Assembly (NCBI GenBank): GCA_963666735.1
Contig: OY762926.1
Coordinates: forward strand, 3,488,001-3,552,000
Direction of reading: 5' to 3'
Length of the DNA stretch: 64,000 nucleotides
From: Gemmatimonadota bacterium
GTDB lineage: Bacteria > Gemmatimonadota > Gemmatimonadetes > Palauibacterales > Palauibacteraceae
The position numbers and the translations under genes are program-made. The notes under the pieces were generated by a model. That model made no database searches. It was given only the letters and a program-made list of their open reading frames with translations, and had not been told where the DNA came from. Every line of letters starts with the position of its first letter. The stretch's first letter is position 1. Of the stretch, positions 9,916 through 19,776 are shown one piece after another.

Positions 9916-11274
9916 ATGGACCTCGGACTCGTTCTGAGGCTCGGCGCGGTCCTCGCGCTCGTAGCGGCGAACGCCTTCTTCGTCGCGGCGGAGTTTGCGC
10001 TCGTCAGCGCGCGACGCACCCGCATAGACGAACTGGCCGATGGCGGTGACCGTCTGGCCCGGGTTGTCCGCAGGGCGCAGGGCAATCTCGACCGCGCCAT
10101 CTCGGGTACCCAGCTCGGGATCACCCTCGCGTCCCTCGGCCTGGGCTGGATCGGCGAGCCGGCGGTCGCCCGGACGATCGAGCCTCTGTTCGGCACGCTG
10201 GGCTTCGCCGCGGGGCCGGCGGCACTCCACACGACGGCCATCGTCGTCGCCTTCATCCTCATCACCTACCTCCACATCGTACTCGGCGAACTCGCTCCGA
10301 AGACCGTCGCGCTCCTGCGTCCGGAGACGGTGAGTCGTTACCTCGCCGGTCCTCTCCTCGCCTTCAACCGCGTGGCGACGCCCGCGATCTGGCTGCTCGA
10401 CGGCTCGGCCCGGCTGTTCCTGCGGCTGATCCGCGCCCCCGTTGGCGATACGCACGGCGTCGAACATGCCCACAGTCCGGACGAGATCGAGGTGCTCGTC
10501 CGGCAGAGCCTGCGCGAAGGAGTGGTGGAGAAGGACGAGCAGGCGATGATCGAGGGCGTGTTCGATCTCACGCATACCGTGGTCCGGGAGGTGATGACGC
10601 CCCGGCCGGACATCGTCGCCGTAGGGGCCGGGGATCCGGCCAAGGTCATCCTGGAGGTCGCGGCGGAGTCGGGGTATTCGCGCCTCCCGGTCACGGAAGA
10701 TTCGCTGGACGACATCGTCGGCATCATCGTCGTGAAGGATCTGCTCGCGGAAATCCTCGCAGCGCGTCCAACGGGACTCGTGGCGCGGGACGTGATGCGC
10801 GAGGCGCTCTTCGTCCCCGAATCGAAGGCGGTCGACGACCTGTTGGCGGAAATGCGGGCTCGGAAGACCCATATGGCCGTCGTGGTCGACGAGTTCGGCG
10901 GCACGGACGGCATCGCCACGCTGGAGGATCTCCTCGAGGAGATCGTCGGCGAAATCTACGACGAGCATGACGAGGCGGAGGCGGGGCTGGAGGTCGGCCC
11001 CGATGGGTCGGTCGGACTCGATGGAGGCGTCTCGTTCGCGGATCTGCTCTCGGGCCTGGACCTCGATGACCTGGAGGAAGACGAGGAGTACGACACCGTG
11101 GCAGGCTACGTGATCGGCACGCTGGGCCGAATCCCGGAGCCGGGCGACCGGGTCCCGCTGGGAGATGCGCGGTTGGAAGTCGCGGAGCTGATCGAACGGC
11201 GAATCACACGGCTCACCCTGCACGGTGTGGACGATGAGACGGTAGTGAGGTTGTGCGAAGCGCTCGAATCGTGA
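9916..11274 (+). CDS. Hemolysin-family / CNNM-CBS-CorC transporter
   Basis: NAFFVAAEFALVS, QLGITLASLGLG, CBS pair (VMTPR, VVDEFGGTDG, EDLLEEIVGEI), CorC-type C-terminal domain. Confidence 0.92.
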   Translation: MDLGLVLRLGAVLALVAANAFFVAAEFALVSARRTRIDELADGGDRLARVVRRAQGNLDRAISGTQLGITLASLGLGWIGEPAVARTIEPLFGTLGFAAGPAALHTTAIVVAFILITYLHIVLGELAPKTVALLRPETVSRYLAGPLLAFNRVATPAIWLLDGSARLFLRLIRAPVGDTHGVEHAHSPDEIEVLVRQSLREGVVEKDEQAMIEGVFDLTHTVVREVMTPRPDIVAVGAGDPAKVILEVAAESGYSRLPVTEDSLDDIVGIIVVKDLLAEILAARPTGLVARDVMREALFVPESKAVDDLLAEMRARKTHMAVVVDEFGGTDGIATLEDLLEEIVGEIYDEHDEAEAGLEVGPDGSVGLDGGVSFADLLSGLDLDDLEEDEEYDTVAGYVIGTLGRIPEPGDRVPLGDARLEVAELIERRITRLTLHGVDDETVVRLCEALES

Positions 11275-11413
11275 ACGCATCCGATCTCCCCGGCGGCTCC
11301 GAACTTGCTGGCGTGGGCATCGCGCCCGAAGTTGTGGAAGCGTCCTTCAACGAAAGGCTCCGCTCTGGCTGGCCGAACATGGTCGGAAAGGTTGTTGACT
11401 TGAGGTTCCGGAC

Positions 11414-12511
11414 TTGAACCTCTCCGACCCCTGGAACTACGAGCAGTTCGATGCCGAAGCGCAACGGCTGTACGAAGCCGGCGACTTCGATCAGGCGCTT
11501 GGCCTCCTCAAGGAGGCCCTCACCCGTTATCCCGACTCGGCGGAACTCCTCGTCTCACTCGGCTATACGCGTCTGGCCCGAGAGGAGTATGCCTGGGCGC
11601 GCGCCGCCTTCGCCGGGGTCCTCAGGCTCGATCCGGAACACGAAGAGGCGCTGGCCGGCCTCGGAGACGTCCTGCTGAAGCTGGGGGACCGCGCGGCGGC
11701 CTTCCAGATCTTTGAAGGCCTCATCGCCATGGGGTACGATCAGGACGTGGAACTCATGCTCTGCGTGGGACGCAGCCTGCTGCGCGAGGGTCTCCTGCGC
11801 CGGGCGGAGCGGTACTTTCGGCTCGCCCTCGCGGCCGACCGCGAGAGCCCCGATGCGGCGCTGGATCTTGCCTTCACCTTCTACCGGGACGGCGACACCG
11901 AAGGGGCGCTGTTCTGGAGCCGCGAGGCGGTGCGGCTGGATCCTCGCTTCGCGGAAGCCCGCGCCCTCTACGGCAACGTGCTCTACGAACGCGGCGATTT
12001 TCGCGGGGCGCTCACGCAGCTCGCGATGATTCCGGTGACGGATCTGGCGGACCCGATCGTCGCGTGGCGGGTCGTCGACCTCAAGCGGCGACTCGAAGAC
12101 CTCCCCGCGGACGCCGGGGAGTTGCAGCCCTACCTGCTGGCGCTGGAGGAACTGGCGCCGGAACCGAGTCCGGAGGACCGCCTGCTGGCCGAGGTCGAAG
12201 CCCGGGCGAACGGATTGACGGCCGGACCGGGAACGGGCCAGCTCGACCTGTTCGGTCGTCCGCCCGACGCGCCGGCGGTGGAGGTACACCGCGTGCGGGC
12301 CCCGAACGGCGTGGTGTACGAAGGAGATTGGGATGGGATCGTGCGGGCCATGCGCAACGGATCCGAGGAGCCCGGCGTCTCGCTGGCGGACTTCATGCGC
12401 AACGAGGCGATGCGGCTCCAGGCGCTGACGGGCATCGCCGTGTCCTGGCAGACGGCGCGCGCCTTCCTGGAGGACTCGGCGCGGGTCGGCGCGCTCGAAA
12501 TCGAACGCTAG
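11414..12511 (+). CDS. Tetratricopeptide repeat protein with small C-terminal domain
   Basis: Repeated helical TPR-like units; TTG start with GAGG upstream. Confidence 0.8.
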   Translation: MNLSDPWNYEQFDAEAQRLYEAGDFDQALGLLKEALTRYPDSAELLVSLGYTRLAREEYAWARAAFAGVLRLDPEHEEALAGLGDVLLKLGDRAAAFQIFEGLIAMGYDQDVELMLCVGRSLLREGLLRRAERYFRLALAADRESPDAALDLAFTFYRDGDTEGALFWSREAVRLDPRFAEARALYGNVLYERGDFRGALTQLAMIPVTDLADPIVAWRVVDLKRRLEDLPADAGELQPYLLALEELAPEPSPEDRLLAEVEARANGLTAGPGTGQLDLFGRPPDAPAVEVHRVRAPNGVVYEGDWDGIVRAMRNGSEEPGVSLADFMRNEAMRLQALTGIAVSWQTARAFLEDSARVGALEIER

Positions 12512-12524
12512 TCGCCGAGCCGAT

Positions 12525-13586
12525 GTGAAGGCCCCGCTGCGCATCGCCGCCATCGGCGGCGACGGGATCGGACCCGAAGTCACCCGCGAAGCGTGTCGCG
12601 TGCTTCGCGCTGTCGCCGCGAAGGGTCTCTCCGACCTCGAACTCACGCACTTTCCGCACGGCGCGGATCACTATCTCGCCACGGGCGAGACGCTGTCGCC
12701 GCGGACCTTCGAGTCTCTGAGGGATGACTTCGACGCGATCCTCTTCGGCGCCGTGGGCGACCCGCGCGTGCCCGACGGACGTCACGCGCGCGACCTCCTC
12801 CTCGGATTGCGGGTGCGGCTGGACCTGTTTCTCAATCGCCGCCCGCTTCGGCTGCGCGCGCCGGAACTGTCGCCGCTGAGATCGGCGGACTCGGCGCCCA
12901 TGGACTTCGAGATCTTCCGGGAGAATACGGAGGGCCTGTATGTGGGCGTCGGGCGAGTCGAGCATGAGGGCACGCCGGACGAGGTCGCGGTGTCGGAGGC
13001 GGTCGCGAGCCGCTTCGGGGTCGAGCGGATCGTGCGGCGGGCGTTCGAGCACGCCGCTCCCCGGGGGCTGCGCGTCACGCTCGCGGACAAGGCGAACGCG
13101 GTGCCGCACATGTTCGGGCTCTGGCGCCGCGTGTTCGCGGAGGTTGCCTCCGGATATCCGGGCGTGGAGTCGGAGATGCGTTATGTGGACGCGCTCGCCA
13201 TGGAGATGGTCCGGACGCCGGAGCGGTTCGGCGTGATCGTCACCTCCAACCTGCTCGGCGACATTCTTTCCGACCTGGGGGCCGAAATCGTGGGGGGACC
13301 GGGGCTCGCGCCCTCCGCCAACGTGAACCCGGGCGTGCATGGACTGTACGAGCCCGTGCACGGCAGCGCGCCCGACATCGCCGGGACGGGACGGGCGAAT
13401 CCGATGGCCGCGGTGCTCAGCGCCGCGCTCCTCCTGCGGGATCACGGGGCGGATGACGCGGCCGGGGCGGTCGAGGCGGCCGTGGATGCGGCGCTTGCCT
13501 CCGGCGTGCGGACGCCGGACGTGGGGGGAAGCGCGACCACGTCGGAGGTCGGAAGCTGGCTCGCGGAACGGGTGAGCGCAGCCTGA
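12525..13586 (+). CDS. Isocitrate/isopropylmalate (tartrate) dehydrogenase family
   Basis: GDGIGPEV, RENTEGLY, DKAN, NLLGDILSD, EPVHGSAPDIAG. Confidence 0.92.
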   Translation: MKAPLRIAAIGGDGIGPEVTREACRVLRAVAAKGLSDLELTHFPHGADHYLATGETLSPRTFESLRDDFDAILFGAVGDPRVPDGRHARDLLLGLRVRLDLFLNRRPLRLRAPELSPLRSADSAPMDFEIFRENTEGLYVGVGRVEHEGTPDEVAVSEAVASRFGVERIVRRAFEHAAPRGLRVTLADKANAVPHMFGLWRRVFAEVASGYPGVESEMRYVDALAMEMVRTPERFGVIVTSNLLGDILSDLGAEIVGGPGLAPSANVNPGVHGLYEPVHGSAPDIAGTGRANPMAAVLSAALLLRDHGADDAAGAVEAAVDAALASGVRTPDVGGSATTSEVGSWLAERVSAA

Positions 13587-13663
13587 TGCGTCCAGCTACC
13601 TTCCACGTGCCCGCCGGTCTTCGGGCTCCGCGCGCGGCCCCCGGGGGGTGTAGGCAAAGCCGC

Positions 13664-13685
13664 ATCGTACATGAATCGTACATGA
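13664..13685. repeat. Perfect 11-bp tandem direct repeat ATCGTACATGA x2 upstream of the thiolase
   Basis: Read directly at 13664-13674 and 13675-13685. Confidence 0.9.
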
Positions 13686-13733
13686 CAGGGATCCGGTCGG
13701 ATGACCGGCAAGCGATGGAAGGACTCCGTGATA

Positions 13734-14930
13734 ATGAGTGACGGCAACGGAAACGGGACGGTGTTTCTCTCCGCGGCACGGACCGCCATGGGCGCGTTCG
13801 GCGGCAGCCTGAAGGACTACTCGGCGGTGGATCTGGGCGTCGTCGCCTCGGAAGCGGCGATCGAGCGCTCGGGCGCCGCGCCCGGCGACTTCGGGCACGT
13901 GGTGATGGGGAACGTGATGCAGACGTCGGCCGATGCGATCTATCTCGCGCGGCATGTGGGACTGCGGGCGGGGCTGCCGGTCGAAACCCCGGCCGTCACC
14001 GTGAACCGCCTGTGCGGCTCGGGCTTTCAGGCCGTGATCGATGGCTCGCAGGAGATCGAACTCGGAGAAAGCGACGTCTGCCTCGTGGGCGGAGCCGAGT
14101 CCATGAGCCAGGCGCCGCATATCGTGCGCGGCGCCCGCTGGGGTCTGCGGCTGGGCCCGGCGCCCAAGTTCGAGGATTCGCTGTGGGAGGCCCTCACGGA
14201 TCCCTACTGCGGCTTTTCGATGGCCCAGACGGCGGAGAATCTCGCGGAGGAATACGGTATCTCGCGCTCGGAGGCCGACGAGGTCGCGGCGCGCAGCCAG
14301 CGCCTGGCGGCCGAGGCCTGGGAAGGCGGCCGCTACGAGGACGAGGTCGTCCCGATGATGGTGGGAAGGAAGGGAAGGGAAACGTCCTTCGAGCGCGATG
14401 AGCACCTCCGTCCCGATTCGACGGTCGACGGGCTCGCGAGGCTCCGGCCGTACTTCAAGCAGGATGGCCTCGTCACCGCCGGCAACGCGAGCGGAATCGG
14501 AGATGGGGCGGCCGCGCTCGTGCTGGCGGGCAGGGACTATGCCGCCGCGCACGGCCTTGATCCGGCCGGCCGCCTCGTGTCCTACGCCGTGGCGGGCGTG
14601 CCGCCCCGCATCATGGGCATCGGACCCGCCCCCGCCTCGCGCGCCGCCCTCGAGAAGGCCGGCCTCACCCTCGACGACATCGATCTCGTCGAAGTGAACG
14701 AGGCCTTCGCTCCGCAGTACCTGGCGGTCGAGCGCGAACTCGGTCTCGACCGCGACAAGGTGAACGTGGACGGCGGGGCGATCGCGCTGAGCCACCCGCT
14801 CGGCATGACGGGGGCGCGGATCACGGGCCATCTTCTCCATGAACTACGGCGGCGGGGCGGCGGACTCGGGCTCGGAGCAGCCTGCATCGGTGGGGGACAG
14901 GGCGCGGCCGTGATCGTGGAGGTCGACTAG
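13734..14930 (+). CDS. Acetyl-CoA C-acyltransferase (thiolase)
   Basis: NRLCGSG, GNASGIGDG, EVNEAFA, HPLGMTG, ACIGGGQG. Confidence 0.95.
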   Translation: MSDGNGNGTVFLSAARTAMGAFGGSLKDYSAVDLGVVASEAAIERSGAAPGDFGHVVMGNVMQTSADAIYLARHVGLRAGLPVETPAVTVNRLCGSGFQAVIDGSQEIELGESDVCLVGGAESMSQAPHIVRGARWGLRLGPAPKFEDSLWEALTDPYCGFSMAQTAENLAEEYGISRSEADEVAARSQRLAAEAWEGGRYEDEVVPMMVGRKGRETSFERDEHLRPDSTVDGLARLRPYFKQDGLVTAGNASGIGDGAAALVLAGRDYAAAHGLDPAGRLVSYAVAGVPPRIMGIGPAPASRAALEKAGLTLDDIDLVEVNEAFAPQYLAVERELGLDRDKVNVDGGAIALSHPLGMTGARITGHLLHELRRRGGGLGLGAACIGGGQGAAVIVEVD

Positions 14931-14931
14931 T

Positions 14932-16802
14932 CCTAAAACAAGCGAGTAGGGCTGGCGAGGCGTCACTTGGATTTCGGGCGGCGGATTATGGGCGGAGGAG
15001 GCCGCCGGGAAGCCGTGTTTCCGTGGTTCCGAGGCGGGGATTCGGGGTTTGTCGCTCGGCGGAAGGAGGGTGCGGGGCCGGCGTTTTGCGCGGGGAGACA
15101 CCGGTCCCCGGGGAGGCGGTTGACGCCTTCGGGCGAGCCGGGCCCGGCGGCGGGTGCTACGTGAAGCCGGTCCGCTCGATGGTGTTCCAGGTGCTGAACA
15201 GGCGGTCCACCGAGGGCCGCCAGCCGATGATGCGCAGGGTCGTGCGGCGGGCGCGGCGGATGACTTGGCAGGGCACGAGGATCATCTCGCGGACGAAGCG
15301 CCTGAACTCCATGGCGGTGTATTTCCGGCGGTCGGCCTTCAGGTGCATCATCATCGCCAGGAAGCTCTTGAGGTTCCACGCCAAGGCCGCCATCACCATG
15401 TAGGCCCAGTTGCTCACCAGGTCGTAGACGGGCACGCGCAGCGCGTTCACCCCGTTCTTGAGCTGCGCGATCACGTTCTCCTGGCCGCACCGGGCGTTGG
15501 CCAGCCGGACGACCTCGGCCGCGCTCACGTCCCTCCGGGTGGTGATGTGGAAGAAGTGGCGGATCTCCTCGATGAGGGCGAGTTCGCCCCTCATCTCGCT
15601 GATGTTCTTGCGCACCACCACCATCCGGTACGTCTTGCGGCACTTGACGGGCCGGTGGTCGAACTCGGCCACCTCCTCGAAGTTGAGCCGCTTGTTCACG
15701 TAACCGCGCTCGCGCACGATCCGCCCCTTCACGTCCTCCCGCCCACTCCGCGTCTTCCCCGTCCGGGACACGTGGCGGGGCTTGCGCTCCAGAGGCTTCC
15801 AGTCGTCCTCCTCCAGCGCCTCGGCCCGCCGCACCAGCGCCGAATGGGCGTCGTAGCCGAAGATGAAGTCCGCCCGCTCGCTCCAGCGGTCGAAGTTGAC
15901 GGTCAGCGAGAAGTCCGTGTCCCCGCGCACGCACACCCGCTCCGCGTACGGCGCCACCAGGTCGATGGCCCGGTCGATCCACTCCGCCGCGCCGGCGTGG
16001 CTCACCGCGTTGCCCGGCCGGTTCACCACGTAGAGCACCTCGGCCGTGTTGGCCAGCGACACGACCAGCGGGTGGTAGCCCCACACCTTCTTGTAGGACA
16101 TGTCCATGCCCGCCTTCTTGCGGCCCAGCGTGGGCGCCAGCGTCCCGTCCACGTCGATATGGGCCACCGGCTCCAGCAGATCCCGGCCCCGGCCCCGCCA
16201 CAGCTTGGGCCTGACCGCGTTGACGCACTCCATGAGCTCGACCACGTCCGACTCGGAGAAGCGCCGCGTGAAGTCGCCCGCCGCCGTCGGACTGGGGATC
16301 ACGTCCGCGCCCAGGGCGTCCATGTACGCCGCGTCGTGGCGCAGGCCGTTCAGATCCTCGAGCCGCGCGCCCCCGCACAGCAGGTTGTAGGCGATGTTCA
16401 GCACGTGGTCCGACTCGTGGTACGGCAGGTGCCGCTTCAGAAGATCCAGTCGCCGGTCGATCTCCCGCGCCAGCGAAAGCTTCGACACCAGGCGCCGCAC
16501 GGCGCCGATGCCCCCGAAGCTCATCGCGCTCGTCCGCGCCCCGATCTCGTAGCGGAGCCCGCCCGCCGAAAACACGGGCTTCGGCCGGGAGCCCCGCCGC
16601 CTCGCCCCCGCCCGCCGCGACTCCACTCTCCGCTTCCGCCGGGCACTGTTCCTTCGGCTCTGCCTGTGCGATATTCCGTTCACCGGAAAGGCCTCCTGGT
16701 TGGGATCGGGCGTCCATCGTTCGAATCCGCTATCGACAATCAGGATAAGCCTTTCCGGTACCTTTTAACAAGGGTTCGCGCGTGGATCGCGCCTGTTTTA
16801 GG
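14932..16802 (-). mobile_element. Complete IS1380-family insertion sequence (about 1.87 kb)
   Basis: Terminal inverted repeats CCTAAAACAAGCG and CGCCTGTTTTAGG, flanked on both sides by ACTAGT (14926-14931, 16803-16808). Alternative reading: CTAG duplication with ends TCC..GGA. Confidence 0.9.
15157..16683 (-). CDS. IS1380-family DDE transposase
   Basis: HIDVDGT, GYHPL, NRPGN, VRGDTDF and ENVIAQLK motifs; uninterrupted 508-aa ORF between the TIRs. Confidence 0.92.
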   Translation of the reverse strand: MNGISHRQSRRNSARRKRRVESRRAGARRRGSRPKPVFSAGGLRYEIGARTSAMSFGGIGAVRRLVSKLSLAREIDRRLDLLKRHLPYHESDHVLNIAYNLLCGGARLEDLNGLRHDAAYMDALGADVIPSPTAAGDFTRRFSESDVVELMECVNAVRPKLWRGRGRDLLEPVAHIDVDGTLAPTLGRKKAGMDMSYKKVWGYHPLVVSLANTAEVLYVVNRPGNAVSHAGAAEWIDRAIDLVAPYAERVCVRGDTDFSLTVNFDRWSERADFIFGYDAHSALVRRAEALEEDDWKPLERKPRHVSRTGKTRSGREDVKGRIVRERGYVNKRLNFEEVAEFDHRPVKCRKTYRMVVVRKNISEMRGELALIEEIRHFFHITTRRDVSAAEVVRLANARCGQENVIAQLKNGVNALRVPVYDLVSNWAYMVMAALAWNLKSFLAMMMHLKADRRKYTAMEFRRFVREMILVPCQVIRRARRTTLRIIGWRPSVDRLFSTWNTIERTGFT

Positions 16803-16803
16803 A

Positions 16804-16970
16804 CTAGTGTGGTGTCGCGGAAGTCCGCGAGCCACCGAGAGCGTCGAGGCGCCGAGTACTGCAAGGCGCTCCGACGAGGAATAGCAGAGCTATTGCAAGG
16901 AGGAGCAACGCCGCAGGGGCGGATGCATCGGCGCTCGAATGGCCGTGGGATTTCTGCGACACCACACTAG
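16804..16970. mobile_element. 167-bp imperfect palindrome, MITE/ERIC-like non-autonomous element bounded by CTAG
   Basis: Outer 15 bp CTAGTGTGGTGTCGC is a perfect inverted repeat (21 of 23 matching); central AATAGC-AGA-GCTATT sits exactly at the midpoint 16887. Confidence 0.75.
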
Positions 16971-17028
16971 CACGGGCTGCCGGCGGGTCGCCGGGTCGGA
17001 CCTCACAGGCAGTCGGAGGGAGCGAACC

Positions 17029-17946
17029 ATGGATCCTCTGTTCTTCATCCTCGCCGGGGCGGGCGCGCTCGCGCTGGCTACGAGTCTCCGCATCCTGAAG
17101 GAATACGAACGGGCCGTGGTCTTTCGGCTCGGCCGCGCGCGTCCGACCCGCGGGCCGGGGCTCATCTTCCTCGTCCCGTTCGGGGTCGAGCGCATGGAGC
17201 GGGTGAGCCTGCGGATCATCGCCATGGACATCCCGCCGCAGGATGTCATCACGCGGGACAACGTGTCCGTAAAGGTCAACGCGGTCCTCTATTTCCGGGT
17301 CGCGAACCCGAGACGGGCCATCCTCGAGATCGAGGACTTTCTCTTCGCCACGTCGCAGCTCGCCCAGACGACGCTGCGCTCGGTCATCGGGCAGGCGGAA
17401 CTCGACGAGGTCCTCGCGGAACGGGAGAAGTTCAACCAGATCCTGCGTGACATCATCGACCAGGGCACGGACGCGTGGGGGATCGACGTCACGGGCGTCG
17501 AAGTGAAGGACGTGGATCTGCCCGGCGAGATGAAACGGGCGATCGCGCGGCAGGCCGAGGCGGAGCGCGAGCGCCGCGCCAAGGTGATCAACGCCAAGGG
17601 CGAGCTGCAGGCGGCGTCCGACCTGCGCGCCGCGGCGCGCCAGTTGAGCGAGTATCCGGCTTCGTTGCAACTGCGTTTCCTGCAGACGGCGACGGAGATC
17701 GCGGCGGAGAACAATTCGACGACGCTCTTTCCGCTTCCGGTGGATCTGGGGTCCATGGCCGGCCTGTTCAGGAACCTGTCGTCGGCCGCCGACGCCGAGG
17801 CGGCCGCCCCGGCTCCGGTCGACGAACGCGTGCTCGAAGGGTCGGAAGGCGCACCGCAGCTGCCCCGCGCGGAAGCGGCGGATGGCGTGTCGGAGGCTGC
17901 GGACGAGCCGGAGGCGGTGACGAGGGAGCGCGATGCCGCCGGCTGA
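17029..17946 (+). CDS. SPFH/band 7 (slipin/stomatin) family protein
   Basis: [45 protein letters not shown]. Confidence 0.93.
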   Translation: MDPLFFILAGAGALALATSLRILKEYERAVVFRLGRARPTRGPGLIFLVPFGVERMERVSLRIIAMDIPPQDVITRDNVSVKVNAVLYFRVANPRRAILEIEDFLFATSQLAQTTLRSVIGQAELDEVLAEREKFNQILRDIIDQGTDAWGIDVTGVEVKDVDLPGEMKRAIARQAEAERERRAKVINAKGELQAASDLRAAARQLSEYPASLQLRFLQTATEIAAENNSTTLFPLPVDLGSMAGLFRNLSSAADAEAAAPAPVDERVLEGSEGAPQLPRAEAADGVSEAADEPEAVTRERDAAG

Positions 17947-18802
17947 CGGCGGTGACGGCGGTTCGGGCGAGCCCGGTCCTCCCGAACGCCGTTCGTCCCT
18001 CCCCGCCACCGTCACGCAGGAGCAACTCGAACGTGTGATCCGGCGGGCGTCGGACCTCCAGTTCCGCAGTTCCACCTCGATCGGCGGCGAACTCGGGGCC
18101 GGCGAAGTCGTCGAGATCGGAGCGGAAGTCGGGCTCGAGGAGCGGTACGTCCGGCAGGCGCTGGCCGAGGTGGAGGCCGCCTCCCTCATCCCCGACGCGC
18201 CTCCGGACGAAGGGCTTGCGCGCCGGATCGTCGGTCCCGCGATCGTGAGCACGAGCCGGGTGGTGCCCGGAAGTCCGACGGATGTGGAAGCGAATCTCGA
18301 GTCGTACCTTCGCGAAGAGGAGCTTCTCCGACAGGTACGCTCGCGGCCCGGTGGATCGCTCTGGGAGCCGGGAACCGGCCTTGTCAGCCAGATGCGCCGC
18401 GCGATGGACGTCGGCGGCCGACGGTACACGCTCGCGAAGGCGCGCAACCTCCAGGTCGGCGTGGAAGCCCTGGAGAGCGGGTGGTCGCTTGTCACGCTGA
18501 CGGCGGACGTCGGTAACATGAGGGCGGAACGGCTCGGTGGCTGGTTCGCGGGAATGGGGTTGGGCGGAGCGGCCGGCGGCTTCGGCCTGTTCATGGCGAC
18601 GGGGGGCGGTGTCCTGCCGCTCCTGGGAGGACTGGCCATCTTCTCCGGCTTCACGGCCATCGCGACGGTTTCCGCGCGGGCCGACATGCGGAAGGTCAGG
18701 CAACGGATGGAACTTGCGCTTCAGGGTCTGCTCGACCGACTCGAGCGCGGAGAGAATCTTCGCAGCGCGGAGGAACCGTGGCACCGTAAGCTGCTGCGCT
18801 GA
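17933..18802 (+). CDS. Hypothetical membrane protein
   Basis: Overlaps the SPFH gene; two C-terminal hydrophobic segments; coding-like codon pattern. Confidence 0.7.
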   Translation: MPPADGGDGGSGEPGPPERRSSLPATVTQEQLERVIRRASDLQFRSSTSIGGELGAGEVVEIGAEVGLEERYVRQALAEVEAASLIPDAPPDEGLARRIVGPAIVSTSRVVPGSPTDVEANLESYLREEELLRQVRSRPGGSLWEPGTGLVSQMRRAMDVGGRRYTLAKARNLQVGVEALESGWSLVTLTADVGNMRAERLGGWFAGMGLGGAAGGFGLFMATGGGVLPLLGGLAIFSGFTAIATVSARADMRKVRQRMELALQGLLDRLERGENLRSAEEPWHRKLLR

Positions 18803-18833
18803 GGGACAACTGCGGACATAGAGGGAGTGGACA

Positions 18834-19721
18834 TTGACTGAGATTCGGAAGGTCGGGGTGGTCGGAGCGGGACTGATGGGGGGCGGGATCGCGCAGGTCA
18901 GCGCGGCGGCCGGCTATGAGACGATCGTGCGGGACGTGGAGAGGGGGTTCCTCGACCGGGGGATGGCCGGAATCCGACAAAACCTCGACCGCGCCGTGGA
19001 GAAGGAGAAGCTCGGCTCGGCCGACCGGGACGCGACGGTGGCTCGTCTTCGCCCGACGCTCGAGCTGGCGGACCTGGCGGAGTGCGACCTCATCATCGAG
19101 GCGATCACCGAGAACCTCGGGGCGAAACACGCGCTGTTCGGCGAACTCGGCGGGCGGTGCGCGGGGGAGACGATCTTTGCCTCCAACACGTCGAGCCTGT
19201 CCATCACCGAACTCGCCGCGGAGACCGATCGCCCGGAGCGTTTCGTCGGTCTCCATTTCTTCAGCCCCGTTCCCGTCATGCCGCTGGTGGAGGTCGTCCG
19301 CTGCGGACAGACGGCCGATGACACGTTCGACGCCGCCTTCGCCTTCGCCGAATCGCTCGGCAAGAGCCCGATCGCCTGCGGCGACAACACCGGCTTCGTG
19401 GTGAACCGGCTGCTCGTGCCCTACATGCTCGACGCGATCCGCGCGTACGAGGCCGGGGTCGCGTCGATCCCCGACATCGACCAGGGACTGCGCCTGGGCT
19501 GCGGATATCCGATGGGCCCCTTTACGCTGGGCGATTTCGTGGGGCTCGACACGCTGTACCACATCACGGGAATCATGTACGACGAGTACAAGGAGGCGCG
19601 CTTCGCCTCTCCCCCCCTCCTGCGCCGCATGTACCTCGCCGGATATCACGGCCGGAAGACGGGGAAGGGCTTCTACGACTACAGCGGCGACGAACCGGTC
19701 GTGTCCAGCTTCGTGCTGTAA
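18834..19721 (+). CDS. hbd: 3-hydroxybutyryl-CoA / 3-hydroxyacyl-CoA dehydrogenase
   Basis: GVVGAGLMGGGIAQ, ASNTSSL, GLHFFSPV, GFVVNRLL, YPMGP. Confidence 0.9.
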   Translation: MTEIRKVGVVGAGLMGGGIAQVSAAAGYETIVRDVERGFLDRGMAGIRQNLDRAVEKEKLGSADRDATVARLRPTLELADLAECDLIIEAITENLGAKHALFGELGGRCAGETIFASNTSSLSITELAAETDRPERFVGLHFFSPVPVMPLVEVVRCGQTADDTFDAAFAFAESLGKSPIACGDNTGFVVNRLLVPYMLDAIRAYEAGVASIPDIDQGLRLGCGYPMGPFTLGDFVGLDTLYHITGIMYDEYKEARFASPPLLRRMYLAGYHGRKTGKGFYDYSGDEPVVSSFVL

Positions 19722-19776
19722 TCCGGTTCAGGTCGGCCAGAGCCAGCCGAAGGCGCCGCCGGCCGGCGCCTCGGGG

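Noticed and set aside
14963..16884. Long alternative-frame ORFs inside the IS
   Set aside because: They overlap the transposase, are Arg/Gly/Ala-rich and carry no motifs.
19751..19771. Hairpin AGGCGCCG-N5-CGGCGCCT between convergent hbd and PAP2 genes as an intrinsic terminator
   Set aside because: No U-tract on either strand; short GC stems arise by chance at this composition.
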